Virus record (IMG/VR): IMGVR_UViG_3300023283_000076
Location: 128,001 to 192,000 of that record
DNA: 64,000 nucleotides
Source of the DNA: a virus
Taxonomy: Duplodnaviria > Caudoviricetes
Direction: 5' to 3' (one strand)
Below, piece after piece: positions 54,358 to 64,000 of the stretch (position 1 is the stretch's first letter; each line of letters opens with the position of its first letter). A model generated the notes under the pieces. That model searched no databases, was not told where the DNA came from, and worked only from the letters and a program-made list of their open reading frames with translations. Both the position numbers and the translations under genes were made by a program.

Positions 54358-55664
54358 GAGAGTATACCTCCACTTCTCCGATTCGGTGAACTTATATTAT
54401 TTGGTTTATTTTGTCCTCGTCGATTAGAATCTGATGAGTCTTCTGCGTCATTTTGGTTATCTTGTCCTTCTTTTCTTTCGTTATCTTGTGCTAAACGTAT
54501 TTGAGCATTTAATTTACGTTGTTTTAATGCTCTTTCTTGGGGGTCTTTAATGTTACTCACTTCTCTGCGTTGACGTCGTAGTGATGCAGCATCTACTCCG
54601 CTATCTTCGTTTTCCAACATATGCACCAAAAAATCCCCAAAGCCGTAAAATGATTCTGATACCGTTCCACCTCTCATTTTAAATTTAGCAAGATCAGAAA
54701 GTTTTTTAGCTTCTTTTTCTTTTTCTTTTTGCTGTTTCATTTCTTGCTCCATTCGAGCAAGTTCTTCTTGATTTTCCATTTCTTCCTGAGCCGCTTTCAT
54801 TGAATATTTGGCTTGTAGAGCCCTTGATTTTTCTGCCTCTGCTTCATACTGAGCACGTCGGGCTTCTGCTTCTGAAGATAGCATATTTACGATATTCTTA
54901 AGCATGCTTTCTTCGTCATCCTCAGACCCAAAGTCAGTTCCTAGATCTTCTTCACCTTCTTCTTCTGACTCTTCGTCTCCAAAGTCCACATCATTCAACT
55001 CTTCATCTTCGCCCTCGGCGGACTGCCCATCATCAAACCCTTCTTCTCCATCAATGCTCTCATCATCTGAGGGGGCGTTTGGTTGTGATTCCAGCGTGTC
55101 CAATTCATCTGGTTCCGAAACCTTATCTGCATTATATATTTTATCTTTAGGAATCTCCGGGAATTCTACATTTACAATATCAAAATTCTGTTTTAAATTA
55201 TAAAGAACTTCAGCCATAGATACGTTCCCGCCATGGCCGCTTCTTCCAGTCATTTTATACTCTTCAACTTCAGCCAATTCTTGTGCTAGTGCGCTTTCGA
55301 ATTCGTCTTGTTGATCACCTCTTATGGTAATTTTCATAAGATTTCCATCATCATCCTCTACGCCATAGGTTTGAGTATTATCTTCATGCATTCTAGATTG
55401 GTTTTGAACACCACCGAGCTTAGAGTATATTTGATCTAATGATACATTTTCTTTTAATGATACTGGAAAGGGAGTTTTAATTTCTTTCATATTAAGACCA
55501 TTAGCTATTTTTTTACGTCTATTTTGTAAATATTTAAGAAAACCTATGTCTCTTTTTTGCGTAGGATAATCGTCTCGTCCCTTAATATCAGTTCTCACCG
55601 CAACTGAACCTGCGCTAACTGCGCCAGCGGCGGCAGATTCTTTTAGACTTCTTTTATTTGTCAT
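54354..55664 (-). CDS. acidic coiled-coil protein (possible head core/scaffold)
   Basis: YGVEDDDGNLMKITI, D/E-rich linker, coiled-coil; in head gene context. Confidence 0.6.
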   Translation of the reverse strand: MTNKRSLKESAAAGAVSAGSVAVRTDIKGRDDYPTQKRDIGFLKYLQNRRKKIANGLNMKEIKTPFPVSLKENVSLDQIYSKLGGVQNQSRMHEDNTQTYGVEDDDGNLMKITIRGDQQDEFESALAQELAEVEEYKMTGRSGHGGNVSMAEVLYNLKQNFDIVNVEFPEIPKDKIYNADKVSEPDELDTLESQPNAPSDDESIDGEEGFDDGQSAEGEDEELNDVDFGDEESEEEGEEDLGTDFGSEDDEESMLKNIVNMLSSEAEARRAQYEAEAEKSRALQAKYSMKAAQEEMENQEELARMEQEMKQQKEKEKEAKKLSDLAKFKMRGGTVSESFYGFGDFLVHMLENEDSGVDAASLRRQRREVSNIKDPQERALKQRKLNAQIRLAQDNERKEGQDNQNDAEDSSDSNRRGQNKPNNISSPNRRSGGILS

Positions 55665-55698
55665 AATATGACCACTCTAACTTATGTTGTACAATTAT

Positions 55699-56145
55699 TT
55701 ATATGAATTGGTCTTTTTCGGTTAAAATGCGAAACTCTATTCCCTTGGATTTACACCATTTTTCTGCGGCATCCCATTTATGTTGATTAACAATATACGT
55801 ATATTGTTCTTGCATCCTTTTAGAGGCTTTTTTAGCTTTACTGGGTTTTGATTGTTTAAATGGTTTAATTTCTATTAATTGTTTGTGATATTTTCCGTCT
55901 TTATCTTTAAAAACTAAAAAAATATCTGGATAGTATATAGAAGAAACTAGCCCTCCTGTTCGTGGGTCTGGTTTATAATATTGAATCGGAATTTCTTCTG
56001 ATGCCCATTTTATAATATTTGGGTTGTTATCACAAAACTTAAAAAATTCTAGTTCCCATGAAGATAGGTATCGTATAGAAGATATATCTCCTAAATATTT
56101 CTCAGGTTTTCGTGGAATGTATTGCCCTTGAACCCAATTCTTCAT
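55699..56145 (-). CDS. gp4: head completion nuclease (gp4-like)
   Basis: PEKYLGD, YLSSWE, CDNNP.I..WASEE, YYPD, EIKP, N..KW.AA. Confidence 0.9.
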   Translation of the reverse strand: MKNWVQGQYIPRKPEKYLGDISSIRYLSSWELEFFKFCDNNPNIIKWASEEIPIQYYKPDPRTGGLVSSIYYPDIFLVFKDKDGKYHKQLIEIKPFKQSKPSKAKKASKRMQEQYTYIVNQHKWDAAEKWCKSKGIEFRILTEKDQFI

Positions 56146-56148
56146 CTA

Positions 56149-56421
56149 TTACAATATAAGTCCCATTATATCACTATGTCGAATCATTAAAAGCTTTTCG
56201 TTTTCAAATTCTATACTTTTTCCTGTCCCATTAGAAAAAAATACAGTGTCTCCAACGGAAACCTCAAATTCTTTTTTGGAATTATTTGGATTGGTTCCGG
56301 TAGAAACAACTTCACCTTTTATACAGGTCCTAGCATTTTCGGGTATTATCAATCCATTCTTGGTTTCTTCTTTTATTATGGGTTTTATAAATATTTCGTC
56401 TCTTAAGGCTTTTAATTTCAT
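56149..56421 (-). CDS. groES: co-chaperonin GroES
   Basis: LKALRDEI, GLIIP, GEVVSTG, VSVGDTV, DIMG. Confidence 0.85.
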   Translation of the reverse strand: MKLKALRDEIFIKPIIKEETKNGLIIPENARTCIKGEVVSTGTNPNNSKKEFEVSVGDTVFFSNGTGKSIEFENEKLLMIRHSDIMGLIL

Positions 56422-56492
56422 TATGTTTCCTTATCTTATACACATACGTGTAATATATTTAGAACATTAACTTTAGAGTGTATTTTTTATTC

Positions 56493-57197
56493 TTAAGCTA
56501 ACCTAGTACTCGCATCAGGTAACGGACCATTTATTGATGAACCGTCTGGGGTAACTTGAGATTTGTTTTCTTTATCTACTTTATATGCATCATAAGTAAA
56601 CGTTATGGCTATTGTACTGGCTTCAGATACCGTCATATTTAAATCATCCGCCGCAATATCGATTATTTTAGGATTAGCATATGTATAGGTAGTTAATGTT
56701 CCTACCCCCTCATGTACTAATTCAATTTTATCAATTATCCCTAATTCACTTCCGTTTCTAAGAGCACCGATAGTTTGGCGTTCGCCTAGCACACTCGCAT
56801 TTGAACTTGGTGCAGAGGCCAATGGACTAACGGCTTCCATATAAGCATCAATAATAGTATGTGATCTATTAGAAGAATCATCATAAAATGACAACGACAA
56901 ATTTCCAAATTCTGTTTTTGTGGCTACTTTTGTACGATATCCATAAAAATTTACATCGGTATATTCTATGTTAGGGTTTAATCTTGAAGAATGTTTTACA
57001 GGTAATAAATTAGTTACAAGATTTAACCCCCCATCAGCGTTATTTTGAGTTACCTCTTCCCCATCACTTCTAAAAGTGAATTTTACAAAAAAATTAAACT
57101 TTAGCTTTGGAGATTCTGTCGTGGCAAATTTGTCTAGTATGTCTGAGGCCCCGGGGCCTGTACCATCAAAAAGACTAGGAAATGGAAACTTGCTCAT
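56493..57197 (-). CDS. tail tube-like / baseplate tube initiator protein
   Basis: PKLKFNFFV, SLSFYDD, ITFTYD; gp19/gp54-like fold inferred from motifs and position. Confidence 0.6.
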   Translation of the reverse strand: MSKFPFPSLFDGTGPGASDILDKFATTESPKLKFNFFVKFTFRSDGEEVTQNNADGGLNLVTNLLPVKHSSRLNPNIEYTDVNFYGYRTKVATKTEFGNLSLSFYDDSSNRSHTIIDAYMEAVSPLASAPSSNASVLGERQTIGALRNGSELGIIDKIELVHEGVGTLTTYTYANPKIIDIAADDLNMTVSEASTIAITFTYDAYKVDKENKSQVTPDGSSINGPLPDASTRLA

Positions 57198-57730
57198 TAC
57201 CGTTTTCTCCTATATCTTTCACGTAAACAAAAATTAGCACAATTTTTAATATATGGCAGTAAAACCCTATAATTTTTCCTGTAAAATGAACCCTCATGTA
57301 CCTTATTATAAATGCTAGTCATGTATTTAATGAATATCGTATATTTTGTGTCATCAAGTTCTTTCAATTCTTTACACAGACTCTCAAGTCCTAATGATTG
57401 TATTACCGCATATGTTTTTTCTTCTTGTTTGATGCTGGATGAATCCACAAATGGTATTACTGGTGCATCTTGTGGTAAATCAAATTCTTTTATGGTATCA
57501 GTATTATTTCGTCTTATTGTAGATGAAACCAATTCTAAAAAAATCATACCTTTAGATATTGGTCCGCCTCCGGTATCCTTTGTTAATATCTTTAAATCGT
57601 CTAACCTTGAAGTCTTATTTCTTTTTTCAAATAAGCCACAAAACACGTTTAGAAGACAATTATATGGATTTACATTTTTAGTTTTATTAGTCTTTATGGT
57701 TTGCATTGCCTCTGGGTCTTTTGTTAGCAT
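57197..57730 (-). CDS. hypothetical protein
   Basis: 177 aa ORF, TATAAATA upstream. Confidence 0.55.
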   Translation of the reverse strand: MLTKDPEAMQTIKTNKTKNVNPYNCLLNVFCGLFEKRNKTSRLDDLKILTKDTGGGPISKGMIFLELVSSTIRRNNTDTIKEFDLPQDAPVIPFVDSSSIKQEEKTYAVIQSLGLESLCKELKELDDTKYTIFIKYMTSIYNKVHEGSFYRKNYRVLLPYIKNCANFCLRERYRRKR

Positions 57731-57818
57731 TTTAGGAACTTTTAATTGTATTTGTTATTTATAAAAAAGGCCCAATAATATATCGGGCCTTTTTATTATA
57801 CCTAAATTGCGCTTACAC

Positions 57819-58415
57819 TTATGTGTTAGAGCCACCAGTAGCTTTATCACCAAAGTTAGCGCCCGGTAGTAGATATGCATGATCGTATCTTATTTGTAGC
57901 GTCGTTTTTACGGTCTCGGATGCTTGGTAATCTATGTCACCAAAGTCTGCATTATTTATAGCACACCCCTCTAGTTTCCATGTTTCAAGGGGAACACCTG
58001 TCGGATTATGATCTCCGTCCAACATGTTCATGTCCAGCGCGAATTTATAAGACTGTCCTGATCGAGCTTGCCCTAAAAATGCCCCCGACGTAGGACCAAT
58101 CAATCTTTGTTGACGTTCCATCTGTTGTACGATAGCATCATGGACTAAACTCCCGATATCAGGTTCCAATGTTATACTAATTGGTTGAAATGTATATTTG
58201 CCCTGTAGATACGCGCGTGAGTTATAACGATCTAGAGTTATTTCTTCATATTCTACTTTTGGTCGCTCAGCCGTGATGGCCATAGATGTTAAGCCTCTTG
58301 AGCCCGCAGACAAACCACCGAACTTAAATTCTATTTGCCAGCGGTTTTTGTATAATGGTTGTAAAATTCCACTACTTTCGCCGCCCGGTACACCCATATC
58401 TGATATAGTTGCCAT
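57819..58415 (-). CDS. gp19: tail tube protein
   Basis: ILQPLYKNRW, RPKV.YEEI, YLQGK..FQPI, ETW.LEGC, LQIRYDHA; hairpin terminator near 57763-57795. Confidence 0.8.
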   Translation of the reverse strand: MATISDMGVPGGESSGILQPLYKNRWQIEFKFGGLSAGSRGLTSMAITAERPKVEYEEITLDRYNSRAYLQGKYTFQPISITLEPDIGSLVHDAIVQQMERQQRLIGPTSGAFLGQARSGQSYKFALDMNMLDGDHNPTGVPLETWKLEGCAINNADFGDIDYQASETVKTTLQIRYDHAYLLPGANFGDKATGGSNT

Positions 58416-58525
58416 ACTCTTAAACTCCTAAATAATTTATTAACAATCTCGTCTCATTATTATTTATTAAAATGCTTATCATAAAATTCATAAATATATT
58501 GTAAGTACGGGTTTAGGATTTATAG

Positions 58526-59275
58526 TTGCATATGAGTAAATATACCAAATACAATCAGGCATCATTGTTGTTTCACGCTGTAATAGATAATCTAGATAAT
58601 AGTCATTTTATATATGAAAAAGATTCTGGAAAATTATCTTTTAATGTAGGAAAAGTTTCAAGAAACTCTTCATTCTCGCATATTAATTTTATATTAATGA
58701 AAATAGATGATAAAAAGCCCCATATTAAACCAGCAAAATTAAAAAATGAATCAAATTCATTTGCAGTAGTGGTAAAAGATCAAGAGTTCCCTAAATCTAT
58801 GAAAGAAGTAGATTCATTTTTGGAATCGTCTAAAAGAAGTATCGATATTATTAAAGCTCTCGCAGAAATCATTAGAGTTGCTCCACCGAATGATTACACT
58901 ACGGCAAAAACAAATTCCTCTAGTCGTAAAACAGGATATGAAAAAGAAAAATATTATAATGACAGAGATACTTTCGAAGATTTCTATCAATCTGCTGTTA
59001 AAAAAATGCGAAATAAGATAGATGACTTGAAATCTTCAATTAAGGAATTGGAAACAAAAATAGAAAATACCGGAATATCATCTAGAAAGGTTACATATCA
59101 GATGGCTATAAAAAACCTGAAAGACGATGTTGTAGGAGAAAGTTTAAATAAATTTAAAACTAATTTCATGAACATATTAAATGATATAGATTCTGAATTC
59201 AAAGAACATTTAAACTCAGAAAATAAAAAACGATTAAATGCTAGAATAGAACAATTTTATTCTGAAATTGAATGA
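58526..59275 (+). CDS. hypothetical protein (coiled-coil)
   Basis: 249 aa, CATAAATA upstream. Confidence 0.65.
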   Translation: MHMSKYTKYNQASLLFHAVIDNLDNSHFIYEKDSGKLSFNVGKVSRNSSFSHINFILMKIDDKKPHIKPAKLKNESNSFAVVVKDQEFPKSMKEVDSFLESSKRSIDIIKALAEIIRVAPPNDYTTAKTNSSSRKTGYEKEKYYNDRDTFEDFYQSAVKKMRNKIDDLKSSIKELETKIENTGISSRKVTYQMAIKNLKDDVVGESLNKFKTNFMNILNDIDSEFKEHLNSENKKRLNARIEQFYSEIE

Positions 59276-59750
59276 TTTAAACGAAAATCATATTCAAGGA
59301 TATAAAGTCAAACGTTAAATTAGGATTTATATTTTAACGATATGTTAGTTTCTGTTATGACGTTTTCTAAAGGTAATATATCTAGAAAATCGAAGGGTTG
59401 GGAAATAGACAGGTTTGCCTCATTAATGAACACTTCAGTAATTGGAGGTGCTAGTAAACTATGGGAATACTTTCTAAATCATTATATGCCAGATATAGTT
59501 GTGTCATACGCAGACAACAGATGGTCTAATGGTAATTTATATAAAACTTTAAACTTTCAGTTTGAAAAAACACTACGCCCAACTATTGGTATTTTAACCC
59601 AAATGAACTTATACGAATACATCGTTTTACATTAAGAAAAAATAGTTCTGATTATGATCAGTTAACGGAATATCATAATCGATTATTAAATGGATATTTA
59701 AGAATATGAGATTGCGGAAGTTCTAAATGGGTATGGAAAAGGTCCTGCTA
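59276..59750 (+). pseudogene. decayed Hef-like endonuclease C-terminal fragment
   Basis: Frameshifted pieces NHIQG, LVSVMTF, RFA..GGASKL, SYAD.RW, PNYWY and RI*DCG (TGA where the homologue at 41475 has W). Confidence 0.8.
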
Positions 59751-59775
59751 AAAAACAAGACCTTTTCGTTTTTCT

Positions 59776-61914
59776 TTAGTTACTTGTTGGCACACTTTCG
59801 ATACTACCAACGTCACCCACATCAGCACTTTGCAACACAACACGTATCGGTACAAAAATAAATTCCACCGCCAGTGTAGGCTTAAGAGCAACATCAATCC
59901 AAAGCTCTTTTCGCTGTACTCTATCCGGAGTATTATTCGTAGAATCGCTTAAGGTTGCGAAATCTTGTAACGCTCTAGTGTTCAATAATCCATTTAAGAA
60001 ACTATCTACTACTGCCTTTGCTTGGTTCCTAGTAATCTGGTCATTTGGCTCAAATAGGAACGGAAAGACTGATCGTCTAATTTCTCTTTTTACAAAGCGT
60101 AACATTCTTTCCACATTTATTGACTCTCTAGAAGATACAGCAGGGGCTGCAGTTTTCTGACCCATCACCAATATCCCTCTTCCAGTGATTCGTGAAATTG
60201 GATTTATGTTTTTGGGAAATTCATAAAGAGAATCTCTCTTTCCACGATCTAGATTTTCTACTACAAATGTCGTGGGTGCTCCTAGAATTCCAGAAACGTA
60301 TCCCGTATCGGTTAGGTGGGGGCATATGCCTCGTGAGCTTCCTGCTGGGGCGAACCATAACTCTCTTGACCTATCATTAAATGCAAGAACTCTAAGAGCA
60401 GTTCCTGCTGAGGTTGTCAATATTTCTTTTCCATCGATATTTGATGAAAGTCCATGGCCATACCAATATGCTAACCCAACATCAGTATTACGCTCATCAA
60501 CTGCCCAGTTTATTATACTATCTAGACCTGACGGTGGTTTATCAAACGGTGTCTCACCTACAACAAACACTTCATCTAACATGTCATCAGCTAATCTGAC
60601 TAATTCATCAACTAGCTCAGGATATCCGGGGCAGGCTAATAAATTATAACTAAACGCGTCCGGGTTTCTAATTCCTAAGTCAGGATCATTTACTGCTGCT
60701 TGAAGTTTTTCAACAATTTCTTCTTTTCTTTCTTCGTTATTTGTTCCTAATTGTGTGAAGTTTCTAAATTCTAATGTTAACTCATATTCATCGGAAGCAG
60801 TTTCAACAATTGAACATACTTGTTCTGATGTATATTCTGTAGAATCTTCGATAGCTGCAAATAACCCATCAAACGCTCCAACAGCATCTTGATCAAAACC
60901 ATTCGGGAACATTAATAGAGGCTGTGGACCTTTGCCAGATACTGGTTCAGCGAAAGAAGAAAATAGATTCAACGAACTAAATAAGCCCTCTGCACCTGAA
61001 ACATCTTCAGTTATTTCTATTTCAGATGTTACCCCCGGAAAACCAGAAGTCAATCTTAATCTTCCAGCGTTAAAATCTATAGAACCATTAGACCCGAGTT
61101 CTGCATTAATATTATCAATTAATTCACCGAATGTTTGTATTTGTGATCCTTCTAGTGAAAGCGGCTGGGGTGTTCCGTCAATCGTAACGGTTGCTGAGAA
61201 TGTTGAACTATCATCCACTACGCCAGTTACATCTGCACGAGTCAAAAATCCGCCAGACGTATCAAATATAACTTCTTGATATGCTGCGGCTGGTTCAGTG
61301 TGATCATCTAAAAAGCCATCTTTAAATAAGTTGTTGTTTCCTGTTCTTCCTTTAGCCGAAAATGAATAACAATCAAACACTTCTTGCAAAGATTCTTCTA
61401 ACAGAATTTTAACATCTTCACCATCAATTGTTGTTTTCTGGTTTTGCCCTGTTAGGTTATTTTCTTGATTAAATTCTTCTAAGTAGTCTACAAAAAGTTC
61501 ATTGAAGAAGTTACATGATTCTGCTATTTTTTTACTAAATAGACTTCTAACCGCACCGATACTATCATTAGTATTTACATTTGCACGTACAACCAATGCT
61601 CTATTACCAACTTCAAGGAACTTGTTAAGTGCATCTAATCCATATTCGTTTCTTGCATCACCATGAAATGGTTCTCCTTCGGCGCTTTCTAAATACCGTG
61701 GGATGCCATAAAGACGTAAGCTTTCACTTATTGATGTTACTTCTCTATAAACTCCATGTTCATATGTTCCTAGGGCGGGTGTGACACCATCTGGCTGTGT
61801 TTTTTGCTCTTCTGTTGCAATGAAAATAACTGGAATGGCTGCCGCTCTTCCCGGAACAAAAAAACTTTCGTCTATTATTGTTACACTTGTACCCGGACTA
61901 ATTAAATCTGCCAT
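59776..61914 (-). CDS. gp18: tail sheath protein
   Basis: LISPGTSVTIIDES, HGDARNEYGL, LACPGYPEL, WFAPAG..RG, NPI, GQKT, RINVER-like, KPTLAVEFIFVP. Confidence 0.93.
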   Translation of the reverse strand: MADLISPGTSVTIIDESFFVPGRAAAIPVIFIATEEQKTQPDGVTPALGTYEHGVYREVTSISESLRLYGIPRYLESAEGEPFHGDARNEYGLDALNKFLEVGNRALVVRANVNTNDSIGAVRSLFSKKIAESCNFFNELFVDYLEEFNQENNLTGQNQKTTIDGEDVKILLEESLQEVFDCYSFSAKGRTGNNNLFKDGFLDDHTEPAAAYQEVIFDTSGGFLTRADVTGVVDDSSTFSATVTIDGTPQPLSLEGSQIQTFGELIDNINAELGSNGSIDFNAGRLRLTSGFPGVTSEIEITEDVSGAEGLFSSLNLFSSFAEPVSGKGPQPLLMFPNGFDQDAVGAFDGLFAAIEDSTEYTSEQVCSIVETASDEYELTLEFRNFTQLGTNNEERKEEIVEKLQAAVNDPDLGIRNPDAFSYNLLACPGYPELVDELVRLADDMLDEVFVVGETPFDKPPSGLDSIINWAVDERNTDVGLAYWYGHGLSSNIDGKEILTTSAGTALRVLAFNDRSRELWFAPAGSSRGICPHLTDTGYVSGILGAPTTFVVENLDRGKRDSLYEFPKNINPISRITGRGILVMGQKTAAPAVSSRESINVERMLRFVKREIRRSVFPFLFEPNDQITRNQAKAVVDSFLNGLLNTRALQDFATLSDSTNNTPDRVQRKELWIDVALKPTLAVEFIFVPIRVVLQSADVGDVGSIESVPTSN

Positions 61915-61985
61915 GTTGTAAACTCCTATAAAATACTTTTTCTTATAATGTTATTTATTATGTGTGTAATAGATTTTAGGAAAAA

Positions 61986-62786
61986 TTACTGTTCAGGTGG
62001 ATCTAAATCTGCTACATCAAATATTGTTTTATAGCCCTCATCAGGATTATCACCTCTAGCGGCGGCAGATTCTTTAATTTCTGCAACCGATGATATGTCC
62101 AAATTTTCCAATGTTTGAACCCGCGCTTTTATTTTTTGTACTATATTCTCTCTTACCTGAACCGGGGCAGACATCCATGCTAAAAACTGAAATGATAGCG
62201 TCGATGACAATATTCTTTTATCTGTTCCCGCAGGATAATTTTCTTCTAACGTTATACCGTTTAATCTAACATAATTTAAAGCGGTCCAGTCATCTGCATC
62301 ATCTGATGTGTTAAATTGAATTTCCGGGCGAAATAATAAAAATATCTGTTCCAAAAGTTCATATTTTTGATGAAGACTGGAAGTTAATATATTAAGCTCT
62401 ACACCAAACCAATATGGAATTGGCATTAATTTTGTTACAGTTTTAAGATCATCCGGGAATGTTCCTCCGCGAGGGAATGTTACATGGGTATGTGTGGTCC
62501 CCTGTCCCTTCATTCTGTCTGTAGCTATTTCTATTGCTGTTATATGCGCCGCAATTGACGGTAATTGAATTGGAACGTTTGGAGTATTGTCTGCTAATAT
62601 ATACGCTACTACTTTGTCCTTTGACCCGTGCACTACTGGTACTCTTATCAAATTAGAGTTTGAGCCATTTTCATTTTTTCCTGTTGACACTTGAACTCCA
62701 GAAAATATAGCCATGAATTGAACAAGATATTTTTCTATCTGTGCTTGAAAATAATAATCGTTTAAACTTGAATTTTGTGTTGTCAT
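61986..62786 (-). CDS. tail completion / sheath terminator (gp15-like)
   Basis: YYFQAQIEKYLVQF..IFSG, VPV.HG, PIPY, QLLEQI..LF.P pattern. Confidence 0.7.
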   Translation of the reverse strand: MTTQNSSLNDYYFQAQIEKYLVQFMAIFSGVQVSTGKNENGSNSNLIRVPVVHGSKDKVVAYILADNTPNVPIQLPSIAAHITAIEIATDRMKGQGTTHTHVTFPRGGTFPDDLKTVTKLMPIPYWFGVELNILTSSLHQKYELLEQIFLLFRPEIQFNTSDDADDWTALNYVRLNGITLEENYPAGTDKRILSSTLSFQFLAWMSAPVQVRENIVQKIKARVQTLENLDISSVAEIKESAAARGDNPDEGYKTIFDVADLDPPEQ

Positions 62787-62792
62787 GGTTAA

Positions 62793-62828
62793 ATTATATG
62801 TACTATTATATGTACTATTATATGTATT
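62793..62828. repeat. 12-bp tandem repeat x3
   Basis: ATTATATGTACT-ATTATATGTACT-ATTATATGTATT. Confidence 0.8.
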
Positions 62829-62873
62829 ATTTATTAATGTTATTTTTTTAGAAGTAGTTGAAATATATTGACA

Positions 62874-64000
62874 TCAGATCAACCCTGTATTATAGTTTTC
62901 GGACACTTCTGTGCTGGTAAGCGCCCTATCGTAAAAGACGATCTTGTCAAGAATCCCATCAAGCTCAAAGCCTGAATCCCCGGAGAAAATCGAGCCGATG
63001 TGAAAAATTGTCCCGTGTACGTCGCCACTCTCAACAGGCCCTGAATTTACAGCGACTCCATCGACATAAATCGTGCCCGTAGAGCCACTCCGAGTCACTA
63101 CAACATTATGCGGCTCTCCGTCGGTGATTCCGGTGTCACCTCCGGAGTCAAAGTTGGACGGATCGCCGCCCGTCCTTGTAAATACCCGGATATGGCCGGG
63201 GGTGAGGTTTCCTGTCGCATCGCCATTTATGCTGATGAAAATTCTTGCATTGAAGTTATCCGAGTCCCACATAAGCATTTCATTCGCTTCATTGGTCGTT
63301 TGAATCCAGAATTCACAAGTGAAATCACCATTGCCATCCCAGATCGGAACCTCTATATGTGCTTGGTTGCCCGGCACTCGCATCGCGGCTGTGCTGCCCG
63401 ATGCAAGCGGCGTAGCCCCGAGCGTGGGTGTACCACGGAACGTGCCATCGTTTCCGTTACCGGATGAGTCAGCAGCGGCCACTCCGCTGGTCTCATCGAC
63501 TTTCCAGTAGCCAAGCGGGTTGCGAGAAAGAATAACCTCGTCATGCGTGACCGTTTTTAATGGTGGACCGCTCTTGTATGGGTGGTCTGCGGGCAGGTTG
63601 GATTCAATCCCGAATTTGTGGGCGAGGTATCCTTCTAGTTTTTGTCTGTCATCAGTCGAAAGTGCGGAGGCTGTCATCACAAGCGCCCTGAATTTGCCGC
63701 TCATATTGACGCTCGAAGACCCGTCAGCGGCAACGGCGTTCATTGTATCGACGGTGTTGACCGTTGTAGTTCCGCTAGTGTTTTCGGATACACCATCCCG
63801 CCAAATAGTATGGTCACCCATTGTAGTACCGTCTAATATAGCGCCATAGATGCCACCCCCCGAATCGTTCAAGGATGTAGTTGTGCCGCCTCCTTGAATT
63901 TCCAACCTGATCCCCCCATTATCTTGCCGAAATGTCCAGCGAGTGCCTTCATCAGACAACTCACTGTAGTTCATGCTAAAAAGTCCACGATCTGAGCTTG
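62874..64000 (-). CDS. LamG/concanavalin A-like lectin domain protein (tail fibre-like), N-terminus beyond window
   Basis: Frame stays open past ATG 63974 to the edge; LEGYLAHKFG, PLGYWK.DE, FTCEFW, HNVVVTR, IYVDG, LDKIVFYDRALT; visibly high GC. Confidence 0.8.
   Translation of the reverse strand, partial: SSDRGLFSMNYSELSDEGTRWTFRQDNGGIRLEIQGGGTTTSLNDSGGGIYGAILDGTTMGDHTIWRDGVSENTSGTTTVNTVDTMNAVAADGSSSVNMSGKFRALVMTASALSTDDRQKLEGYLAHKFGIESNLPADHPYKSGPPLKTVTHDEVILSRNPLGYWKVDETSGVAAADSSGNGNDGTFRGTPTLGATPLASGSTAAMRVPGNQAHIEVPIWDGNGDFTCEFWIQTTNEANEMLMWDSDNFNARIFISINGDATGNLTPGHIRVFTRTGGDPSNFDSGGDTGITDGEPHNVVVTRSGSTGTIYVDGVAVNSGPVESGDVHGTIFHIGSIFSGDSGFELDGILDKIVFYDRALTSTEVSENYNTGLI

Noticed and set aside
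63073-63849. Several alternative ORFs in the high-GC end
   Set aside because: Expected by chance in GC-rich DNA; the minus-strand LamG frame explains the region.
1-64000. Genome-wide UGA recoding, suggested by in-frame TGA at 50181 and near 59710
   Set aside because: Core genes are full length in the standard code, use TGG for Trp, and several end in TGA at natural boundaries (for example 54354-55664 overlapping the next ATG). The 59.7 kb case sits in a frameshifted relic.

Overview
AT-rich (roughly 30% GC by eye) segment of a large T4-related jumbo myovirus genome; gene content and order resemble Rak2/GAP32-type jumbo phages, an assignment that is inference. Most genes are on the minus strand. 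1-23 kb is an accessory region with many sigma70-type promoters. It holds 16 well-formed tRNA genes plus 3 degenerate ones, a TROVE-like/TerD ('Rot'-type) gene missed by the ORF track because it runs off the left edge, a glycosylation cluster, an Acb2/Tad1-like protein, a divergent gp23-like paralogue, an IS200/IS605 remnant and several structured non-coding RNAs. 23-53 kb carries nrdAB, thyA, two very large repeat-rich virion proteins, a second glycosylation cluster, a Hef-like endonuclease, NUDIX, RNase H, sliding clamp and a family B DNA polymerase split in two genes inside an intein. 53-64 kb is the head/tail module (gp4, GroES, tube, sheath, tail completion) ending in a high-GC LamG-domain gene. 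The best candidate new system is a three-copy covarying RNA motif. One copy is the 5' leader of the Rot/TerD gene, one is a free RNA between two tRNAs, and one carries a circularly permuted tRNA (YrlA-like Y RNA). Together these suggest a phage-encoded Ro/Y-RNA-like ribonucleoprotein with an autoregulatory leader. Other highlights are two covarying wcaG-like pseudoknot RNAs, a Ser1/Ser+1 split intein, and a possible virion O-glycosylation pathway. All family assignments are from motif recognition, with no database searches run.
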